The position numbers and the translations under genes were made by a program. Source: Eledone cirrhosa (lineage: Eukaryota). From it: 64,000 bases of DNA. Of this stretch, positions 53,304 through 64,000 are shown in pieces (position 1 is the first letter of the stretch; each line of letters opens with the position of its first letter). A model generated the notes under the pieces. It worked only from the letters and a program-made list of their open reading frames with translations, searched no databases and had not been told where the DNA came from. The stretch is taken from positions 438,030,001 to 438,094,000 of the forward strand of contig OZ024740.1 in assembly GCA_964016885.1 (NCBI GenBank). Reading direction: 5' to 3'.

Positions 53304-54965
53304 GCAACAATAAAGACAACAAAAACAACAACACAAACGTCCCAAGTATCCACACACCAAACGAGAAAGACAACAACAACAAAGATGAAAACAACTCAAA
53401 CGACGAGAAACAAAACAATACAAACACCAACAACGAAAACAAAATATATTTTGCACAAACGGCTAAATTATCAGTCACTTATGTGCTTGAAGATATTTCA
53501 AAAGCAAAAGAAATGCTGGAAAAAGCCAAAAAATACGTATCTTTTGGCGAAAACGGTTCGTTTTCTATAAATTCACTTCCAGAACTAAAAAAAGAGACGG
53601 AATTACGAACTGTCGTATTCCGTACAATTTTAAATAAAACAAAAAAACCAGCACAACCATCTCAAGCTGAAATTCAGTTAGTACTGAAAGAAGCGATGAA
53701 AGACATCACTTTCATACAAAAGGATAAACTCTATGGGAGTTTATCCATATTGATGAAAGACGAATTGGCGGCGAAAAAATACTCTGTGTCGTCAATTCGT
53801 TCCACACACTACACCTTCTTCTCCACCTACATGGGTAACAAACCCCAGAGAATATGGATAACCACCATCACCCCACATAAACTACCGGTGGTTACTAACC
53901 GGTTTCCTCAATTTAGACGAGGACAACCTCATTTCAATAGGGAAGGCATCCGGCGACGCGTTCAGTGGAACGAGTATCGAAGTTCTGACCCAAATAAGGC
54001 CAGAACGTATCGCCCAAATCCCTGAGCGCGTCATGCTGGATGACCGTACCCACCTCAACATTATTGTGGAGGGTAGGCGTCCCTCCTGTTACCTCTGTGG
54101 CAATAGAGGTCACCTGAGGGCTGCCTGTTACCAGCTCACACAGAAAAAAACACTGCTACCAACACCAACACCACCCCAACAACAACAACAAAAACAACCA
54201 CAACAACAACAACAACAAAAACCAACACCACCACCACCACCACCACCACCACCACAACAACAACAAACACGTGCAAAAACAACACAGAATACTGTCCCAC
54301 CCAACCCCTCCCCACCCAAAACAAATACAAAGACACACACACCGCAAACACTACCAGAAAACATACCCCTCCCACCCAACAAGGAAGACGTCGCAAGACG
54401 AAAAATATCCCTTTCGTCGCAAGACGAAAAAGATCCCTTCCAAACAGTAAAAAGAAAGAAGAGGAGACGCACCACAGACACACTTGTTTACATTAACCCT
54501 CCCCAAGAGAACACAAACTACACACAAACCACCCCTCCCCGTCACACAACACTAACTGCTACACAAAAAAAGACTTTACAATATACATACATGAACACAG
54601 ACAACAAAGAACTAATGAACACAATTGCATCAAACCCTTCGGTCCAAACTGAAGGGCCTAACTTTATAACTGCTGTGGGACTACCACATTTAAAAATGAT
54701 TAAAGTCCCAATGAACTTTTATAAAACACTGAAAACAAATTTCACGGAGGACGTGCCCCCCCCCCCCCCCACACACACACACACCCAGACACCCACTCAA
54801 CCACAAACGCCCCAACCCCACAACACACTGATGCCCCTTCACTTCCACAAACCACCACCCCACCCAACAACCCATCCCCAACCAGCATGGAAATTGAGCG
54901 GCCCGTTTCCCGGGACGCAGAGAGGTAAGTGCCTTTTCTCCTTACCACCAACATGGCTGTGCTAA
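53095..54965 (+). pseudogene. LINE ORF1 (gag-like, zinc knuckle CYLCGNRGHLRAAC), frameshifted
   Basis: ATG at 53095; ORF pieces 53483-54025 and 54033-54965. Confidence 0.8.
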
Positions 54966-57900
54966 GAATAGGGTGTCTAAATGCGCGTGGCCTGGGCTCA
55001 TCTTGGAAGCAAGCAATGCTTCTAAATGACCTCAGGTCACGATCTATAAATGTGATGGTTATCTGCGAGGCCCGGATCAGCAGCATGCGACAGCTAGCCC
55101 CCACCTTTGACGACTTTGAGATGCACGCATCTCTCTGTCAGCCCGGAGGTGGGGGTGGAGTTGTCGTTCTGCTGCAAAAACATCTGGGTCTTGCCACACA
55201 GATAGTTCACTTGGACCCAGGGGGTCGACTGGTGGTGCTGGACCTTGGCAGTGGTGAAGGTGGAGCCTTTAGGCTGGTAGCCGCATATGCCCCTTTTGGG
55301 ACAGAGCGGCCCGACTTTTTTCAGCGTCTGGTGTCTTTTCTAGGGACGTCCCGTTCCCTGCTTTTAGTGGGGGACTGGAATGGTATCCTGGATGCACGTT
55401 GGGACTATGCAGGGGCATGTCCCGATAGAGAGGGTTGCAACAGCCTCAAGGGGTTACTCGGCCGATTTGACCTGGCCGATAGATTTCGACTAGATTTTCC
55501 GCTGTGCCAACCTGGTCTTGGTCAAATCGCAGCGGATCATCTAGGTCGTACCTAGACAGATTTTTAGTTAGAAATAAGGACAGGGACTTTTTAAGTTGTC
55601 CAGAAATGCTCATGGTTGGCTATTCAGACCACAAGTTGGTGACCTGCATGGTCAACCTTGATAGAACGCATAGACAGGGCCCCGGTTACTGGAAGCTCAA
55701 CTTGTCCTTGCCGGCAAGTAGAGATTACAGGGATCGGATGAGTACGTTAGTTAAGGAACGGTTGACTGGAGCGATCGTCAACAGCAGGTGGTGGGTATCT
55801 CTAAAGAGAGAGATTAGAGTAGTCTCGATAGAATTTAGTAAGGTTCTAGCTGCGGATAGGAATAGGAAGGAAAGGGAGCTAATAGATAGAGTAGAAGAGG
55901 CAATTAGAAGCGGCGACGTGGCCAGAGTGCTAGCGTCGAGAACGACTTTGAGCCAGTTTTTCGACGCCAAGCTCGAAGGCTGCGTTGTCCGAAGTAAAAT
56001 ACGTGCTCTAGGGAACGAGGGGACCAAAGCTGTTAGCTGGGCCCGCGTGACAGAGGCCAAGAGTGGAACTAAATCCACCATTCGGTCTTTGCGAGACCAG
56101 GATGGACGGGCGATTCTTGAGCCTAAGCAGATGTGTGAGGCCTTTCAAAGGCACTTTGCCCGACTGTTCAGGAGGGGCGGGGAGCCGGTTGGGAATGTGG
56201 ACTTCGGTCCATACCTCGACGGCCTGCCGCGTCTCTCGGACAGGGAGGCGAAGTTCCTGCGAGGAGCCGATTTCGGCCGCTGAGATAGAGGACGTGCTGA
56301 GCCAATGCGGCAAACGCAAATCCCCGGGTCTCGATGGTCTTCCAAGCGAATTATATCTAGCTATGCAGGACTTGTTCCCCGATCTCCTCGAGGCGGTCTA
56401 CTGCAACTGGCAACAGAACGGGAGAATTCCCTGTACTGTGTCCAAGGGCGTAGTCACGCTAGTGAGGAAGGACGAGGACAAGGGGGACGAAATAAGTAAC
56501 TTCAGGCCCATAACTCTGCTAAATACAGAGTTACAGATTTTGGCCAAGGTGCTAGCAAAGAGGTTGGCGCTTGTCGTGGGCAACCTGGTGGGAGATGCGC
56601 AGACATGCGCTATCCCGTCCAGGTCCATCCATGACAACCTCCACCTCATGCGATACATCATAGAGAGGGTTGGGAACGAACCCGGCTTTGGTGGGGCTCT
56701 GATCAACTTGGATCAATCTAAGGCGTTCGATAGGGTCGACCATGGTTACCTGGATGCGGTGCTAGCGGCGGCAGGCTTCGGACCCGTTTTCAGGGGCTGG
56801 ATCACTGCTATGCACAGTAGCCGCATCTGTTCTAGGGTCAAGGTGAACGGCTACCTCTCGGAGCCGTTCAAAATCGCGCGGTCCATCCGACAAGGGTGCC
56901 CTCTCTCCTCCCTTCTGTATGTGTTGACTCTCGAGCCACTACTGCGGAAGTTGGAGTTGTTGCAGGGCATCCCTTTGGAACCGGGATTGCGGAAAGCGGT
57001 GTCGGCCTACGCCGATGACGTGACAGTAATGGTGTCGACGGCCTCCGAAATCGGGGCGGTCGGCACCTTACTGGAGGAGTACGAAAGGTTCACAGGCATA
57101 AGCTGAACCGGGACAAGTCAATCGGTTTGCAACTCGGCACGTGGAGGGGCAGACCGATGCCCTCCGATGGCGTCGTCGGACGCTGGACGGAGGGCCCGGT
57201 GAAGTTGCTCGGGGTCTGGTACGGACCGGACCTCCAGGTGGAGAAAAACTGGGCGGAGGTTACGAACAGGGTATTTGCACTAACCTAGAAGTGGGCCAGT
57301 TGCAAACTATCCCTGAAAGGTCGGGCGGAGGTGGCGAACACCTATATCGCGTCCGTCATCTACTACCGCCTGACCGTAGTGCCCTGCCCAAGGGAAACCC
57401 TCGCCAAGATGGAGCGCGCGCTCTTCCAATTCCTTTGGAAGAGGCGGGCTCCCTTGGTGAGGAGATCCATCTGCTGTCAACACCCTTCGAAAGGAGGGCT
57501 GGGGATGCCGTGGTTGATGATGCGTAAACACGCATTAAGGCTACGGCACCTCTACGTATTCCTCACCGGTCAACCGGTGTGGGCCTCGTTTGTGAGACGA
57601 ACCTTTCCCAGACTCGTCTCACTCACCGAGCTGCAATCCTGGGTCAAGCAAAGACCGAGAAAACTGGGCGCCTGGCACACTGAGTGTACCCAGGCGCTCA
57701 CCGCCCTCTGGCAGGCGAATCCGGTTATCAGTGGAGACTCCACCGCAACATTCTATAGAGGGCTGGTACGCAGCAGGTGCGACGACGCCCTCGGAGAAGC
57801 CCTAGACATGGAGGAGGACGAACTGGCCAGTCTGTTCGGTAGGACATTCAGCCCGGGACCTATGGACAACTTCCAGAAGTCCCTGGCCTGGCAGTGCTAC

Positions 57901-58389
57901 CGAGGGGCTCTACCCGTTCGAGAAAAGCTCTACAGACACGGGCGCCCGGGTAGGGGCCCCACCAAAAAGATCTGTCCCAGATGCGTGTGCGACGAGGAAA
58001 CCGTTGCACGCGCATTGGTACACTGCTCGGGTGTAGCCGATCTGTGGGGCTATGTCGAACAACTGCTGTCAAGGGTGGGACCGATCCGGTTGACCACCGA
58101 GTCCATTGTAATGATTAAGCCGCCTCCCCCCTTCAAAGATGAAGGAGAGGCGGTGTTTCTGTGCGTAATAGCCATGGTGAAAGAAGTTGTATGGTGGACG
58201 CGTCTGAAAGGACTGAGGTCAGGCACCTTTCTCTCTGGCCAACAACTGGTCCGTTTCTTCCGATATCATTTCGGAAGAAGGATCAGGATGGAGAGAGAGG
58301 TGCTCCACCCCAGTCGTTTTTATGAAAGGTGGGTGAAAGTGGCGAGAATGGCCCGTGTGAATGGGCCTTCTCTTTACATAAGTCTGTAG
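54953..58389 (+). pseudogene. LINE ORF2 (APE endonuclease + reverse transcriptase), disrupted
   Basis: LNARGL, GDWN, LDRF, SDH, SPGLDGL, RPITLLN, DQSKAFD, RQGCPLS, YADD. Frameshifts near 55503, 56260 and 57098; TAG at 57286. Confidence 0.93.
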
Positions 58390-58664
58390 GTGGAAAAGAG
58401 GAAGGAACGAGGGAGCACCCCATCTCTGTGCTCCTGAGGAGAAGGGTTGCACACTTTTTTCGGGGGGGGGGGGTGCGAACCCCAAGGCGCCTCCTCTCTA
58501 TTGCCTATTTTGTTATAATTTTATTTTTTGTTATATTTTATTTTATTTTTATATATTGTTATTGCCTCCTCCCTATTGAGGACGCCTTGTTTTGTAAACT
58601 CCCCCCATTGTACTTGTCCCACTTTTGATGCCCTGGTGGCAAATAAAAGAAACATATCTATCTA

Positions 58665-58732
<68 letters not shown>

Positions 58733-61124
58733 GTTCAGTTTTTAACAGAAGCAGCGAAAGCCAAAGCTTCTGTTCCTTGTCAAGGCAAATACTAGTTTAG
58801 ACTTGTTAATCGTCAAATAGAATCACTAATTTTGCTAGCTTTAGTTAATTGTACATATATAATGCTAACCTAAGATTGAACTGTAAATATGTGCTTACAT
58901 TTATTGAACAAAGTGTTTTTATGCACACCGTGAAAGATAATATAAGGTGAAAGCCTTGTGGGAATGTCACCGACATCAGTTTGTTTGTCATCTCTCTATA
59001 GTTACAACTATATTAATTGACCAACACCGAAACATTACTGACACCATTGCTTCACATCCTATTTAATGGCCAATAAGAAAATGTTCAATTTCTGTTAGAT
59101 GTTTCGTGTTTTGTTCTGTTTCCATATCAAATTGTTAGAGTTACAATGCAGCTCAGTTTAATATGTCCGCTTCCTCATAGTTTTTATTTAAAGGAGTTTT
59201 ACTCTTCGCAGTTCATTCGTACCACAGCAAACGTGCCTAATTCAATATTGCTAGTTATATCTACCTTAAATTACCTTCCTTCAACAGTGTTCTATTCATT
59301 ATTTAATCATATTATTAAAGGTATCAACCTCAAACAAACCGACAATTTCAGGTATATTCTATTGTCTGTATGACATATATAGTATTGCTAAAACAATATT
59401 CTGTCGTACATTGGTAGTGGGTAGTTAGTTTCTAACAAGAAGTGAAGAATTTCTGGCACCAGTACTCTTATATTTCTCTGTGTACCGAGAAACATAAGAA
59501 ACTGTTCACACTTCGCAGTTGATTCCCTTCAGGACTAAGACTTCTAATTAAAAATAACAAATTAAAAAAAACTTTTTAGATCTACCTTAAGTTTACATAA
59601 ATCCTTTGATATATGATGTGGTCTCGCATTGTAATGAGCGGAAGATTTAATTAAATGAGATTACCCTTCGATTTCAAGCCCGAAACTCCATTTGGAGGTG
59701 TTTATATGTTGAAAAGCAGGCAAGACAACTCCTGTAGCCTGAGTTAATCCAAGTTATTTAAAAAGGTTTTTGACAATACAGAATGAAGGCATATTCACAT
59801 AACTTATTGACTTGACTAAAATACGGTCAAATATATATGGGAAAGGGAAAAGCGCTATGCATTGATTATGTGTCAGCAAAGTTTAGAGGCGAAAATATCT
59901 GAGATGGAACACTTTGCTTGAATTGTATACTTACAAATACAGTCTCGCATTGTAAATGTGGTGAATGTTTGGGATAAAAGAACTTCAATCAACTGAGACT
60001 ATCCTTGCATTTTTAGATCGAAATACCCCTTAGGAGGTGCTCAGATCGTGACAAGTAAGCAAAGGAAAGTACTCTTATAGCCAGTGCTGATCCAAGTTTT
60101 TTAAAGATAATGCTGTGGGAGTGAACTATGTCTTCATGTTAATATGGAATTATGCGCAGATTATGTGTCAATAAAGAGCAGAAACAAACGTGGGGGAGAG
60201 TTCTGTATGAAGTGTAGCCATGTTTATAGGAGCGAAATATTATAAACATATGTGAGTATGTGTATATATGTGTGTGTCTACATATGTGTGTGTGTGTGTG
60301 CATATGCATGTGTGTATATTAGCATGTGTTTATACATACGTGTGTGTATGTGTACATACGCATGTGTGTAGGTCAGTGTGTGTTTATCATGTATGTGTGT
60401 ATGTGTACATACGCATGTGTGTAGGTCAGTGTGTGTTTATCTATATGTGTATGTGTACATACGTATGTGTGTAGGTCAGCAGTGTGTGTTTATTCATATA
60501 TGTGTGTATGTGTACGTATGTATATGTGTAGGTCAGTGTGTGTTTATACATATGGAATATGATGGCTAGATAGTATGGCAGTCGACGTAAAGATGTGAAG
60601 TACCCCAAGAAATAGATTTGATAACATTGCACTAATGAGAATGCAATTATCAGCAGCAAGATATGCAAAGTAGTCAGTATATTCCCGCCAAGACAAACAA
60701 TGGCTGAAATTTGTTAATTGTGAAAGAGAATAACTAACTCGGTTATCTTTCGTTAATTACACATTCATTAAAAAACGTATTCTTTCTTTATTTCATAACT
60801 CATCTTTCATAATATTTGAATTTTCCTTGCACGCACATCACATATTTCCCATTTCATATTTAAGAAAAGGAAGAAAAAGAAAATATCATCTACAACAACA
60901 ACAACAACAACAACAGCATCGGCAGCAGCAGCAACGGCAGTAACAACAACACAATAACAACGTCAGTAACAACAACAACATCAACAATAACAATAACAGC
61001 AATAACAACAACAATAACAATAAAGACAGAAAATATATTTCAAGAAAATAAGAAATCTAAGACAAATAAAATAAGGTGATTACAATGGAGTATCACAATA
61101 CAGAACAGTCTATGACAACAACAA

Positions 61125-62775
61125 CACTGACACCACCACCACCACTGATACCACCACTGACACCACCACTGATACCACCACTGACACCACCACCACCCCT
61201 ACCACCACCACTGATACCACCACCACCACCACTGATACCACCACTGACACCACCACTGTCACCACCCCTACCACCACCACTGATACCACCACCACCACCA
61301 CTGATACCACCACTGACACCACCACTGCCACCACCCCTACCACCACCACTGATACCACCACCACCACCACTGATACCACCACTGATACCACCACTGACAC
61401 CACCACCACCCCTACCACCACCACCACCACTGATACCACCACTGACACCACCACTGCCACCACCCCTACCACCACCACTGATACCACCACCACCACCACT
61501 GATACCACCACTGATACCACCACTGACACCACCACCACCCCTACCACCACCACCACCACTGATACCACCACTGACACCACCACTGCCACCACCCCTACCA
61601 CCACCACTGATACCACCACCACCACTACTGATACCACCACTGATACCACCACTGCCACCACCCCTACCACCACCACTGATACCACCACCACCACCACTGA
61701 TACCACCACTGATACCACCACTGCCACCACCCCTACCACCACCACTGATACCACCACCACTGACACCACCACCACCCCTACCACCACCACTGATACCACC
61801 ACCACCACCACTGATACCACCACTGACACCACCACCACCACTGACACCACCACTACCACCACTGATACCACCACCACCACCTTCACCATCACCACCACCA
61901 CCACTGATACCACCACTGACACCACCACCACCACCACTGACACCACCACCACCACCACTGATACCACCACTGACACCACCACCACCACCACTGACACCAC
62001 CACCACCACCACCACCACCACTGACACCACTAATACCACCACTGACATCACCACCGCCACCACTGATACCACCATCACCAACACCACTGACACCACCAGC
62101 ACTGATACCACCCCCACTGACACCACCACCACCACCACTGACACCACCACTACCACCACTGATACCACCACTGACACCACCACCACCACCACCACCACTG
62201 ACACCACTAATACCACCACTGACACCACCACCGCCACCACTGATACCACCATCACCAACACCACTGACACCACCACTACCACCACTGATACCACCACCAC
62301 CACCTTCACCATCACCACCACCACCACTGATACCACCACTGACACCACCACCACCACTGACACCACCACTACCACCACTGATACCACCACCACCACCTTC
62401 ACCATCACCACCACCACCACTGATACCACCACTGACACCACCACCACCACCACTGACACCACCACTACCACCACTGATACCACCACTGACACCACTAATA
62501 CCACCACTGACATCACCACCGCCACCACTGATACCACCATCACCAACACCACTGACACCACCAGCACTGATACCACCCCCACTGACACCACCACCACCAC
62601 CACTGACACCACCACTACCACCACTGATACCACCACTGACACCACCACCACCACCACCACCACTGACACCACTAATACCACCACTGACACCACCACCGCC
62701 ACCACTGATACCACCATCACCAACACCACTGACACCACCACCACCACCACTGACACCACCACCACCATTACTGAC
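61125..62775. repeat. (CCA)n-derived minisatellite (ccaccactgaYa), followed by (TAG/CAG)n to 63033
   Basis: Direct reading; the poly-Pro/Gly/Val ORFs arise from triplet periodicity. Confidence 0.93.
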
Positions 62776-62839
62776 ACTGGTAGTAGTAGTAGTAGTAGCA
62801 GTCACAGTGGTGGTAGTAGTAGTAGTAGTAGTAGTCACA

Positions 62840-62870
<31 letters not shown>

Positions 62871-63960
62871 CAGTAGTAGTAGTAGTAGTTGCAGCAGCAG
62901 TCACAGTGGTGGTAGTAGTAGTAGTAACAGCAGCAGTCACAGTGGTGGTAGTATTAGTAGTAGTAGTAGTAGCAGCAGCAGCGGCAGTAGTAGTAGTAGC
63001 AGCAGCAGCAACAGTAGTAGTAGTAGTAGTAGTGTTTCCAATAATGTAATATTACCATATCGTTATGTTCTGCTCATTAGCCGCCATTTTAATATTCACC
63101 TATAATTAGTTAAAAACAAAACAATGACGGAGATAATTATTACTACTTAATTATCTCACTTCTAATGACGTAACTATCACCTGTGTATATAAATGTGTGT
63201 GTATATGTGTGTTTAAGTATCTATCTATACACAAACATTATATAAGTATGTATACGTATGTATTATTTATGTATATATATATATATGTGTGTGTGTATGT
63301 ATGTATGTAAGTATGTATCTATGCATGTATGTATGTATGCATATATTTTTGTAGATATATATGTATATATGCATGCACGTATGTATGAATGCATGTAAGC
63401 AGGTATCATGTTAGTATGTATATATAATTATATAAATATTTATATTTGTACGTATGTACTTACGTATTTATGTATGTGTGCATGTATTGTATGTATGTAT
63501 CTATGTATTTATTTATATAAATACATAAATCTATATGTATGTATATATGTATGTATATATGTATGTGTATACGTATGTATGTATATACATATGTACGTTT
63601 GCATGTTCGTACATGAATGTATATATGTATGTACATATGTATGTACATATGTATTAGTATGTTCGTATATCAATTTATATATGTATATATGTATGTGTGT
63701 GTTCATGTTAGTGTTTTCTGTTAGATGACATGGTTGCCTTTGGTTTTGTCTTTTCGCTGAAATCACATTTAGAGTTTATCATGCAAATATAGATCACGTG
63801 AAATGTAGATGTTGAATTATGGAATAGAGAGAGTCAGACAACATGGAAGGTAACACATGGAGTTTATTCTCTCTCAGAACTTTTCTGCAATGAAGAATAT
63901 TCATTTGGTTATACACCATAGAATATTTTTGTCAACTCTCCTATTGTTAATTTCTCTTAG

Positions 63961-64000
63961 GTTTATACAAATAGCCAAGGATCTCAATCAACGGGCTGCA
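63961..64000 (+). other. Possible host exon start at window edge
   Basis: ttaatttctcttag acceptor-like site, then open frames (FIQIAKDLNQRAA or VYTNSQGSQSTGC). Only 40 nt are visible. Confidence 0.25.

Larger units (their letters stand above)
52870..58653 (+). mobile_element. Full-length Tx1/L1-clade LINE flanked by (TATC)n
   Basis: 5' UTR, ORF1 with CCHC knuckle, ORF2 with APE + RT + Cys-rich C-terminus, 3' UTR with AATAAA then (TATC)n. Confidence 0.95.

Noticed and set aside
61076-63049. 657-aa proline-rich (extensin/formin-like) ORF
   Set aside because: Triplet satellite open on both strands, running into a (TAG)n tract; no flanking domain.

Overview
Repeat-saturated, AT-rich eukaryotic DNA with no confident host gene. 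It is probably from an octopus-like cephalopod, inferred from the SINE type and microsatellite load. Nearly all ORFs in the track are microsatellite artefacts. The real coding content is retroelements: (i) a near full-length two-ORF Naiad/Neptune-like Penelope-like element (PLE) with partial-tandem pLTRs and a canonical U-UUU-UUA -1 frameshift site joining ORF1 to the RT-GIY-YIG ORF; (ii) Hydra-clade-like PLEs and another 5'-inverted PLE; (iii) one full-length and several truncated Tx1/L1-like LINEs in (TATC)n; (iv) R4/Dong-like and RTE LINE fragments, tRNA-derived SINEs and satellites. The most interesting signal is non-coding. At least four distinct hammerhead-ribozyme (HHR) designs sit in (TA)n-flanked PLE termini and short non-autonomous elements: canonical CUGAUGA type I, two U3-A8 core variants, and four diverged copies of a non-circularly permuted, pseudoknotted hammerhead whose four helices covary between copies. 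All ribozyme and recoding calls come from manual reading and are untested.
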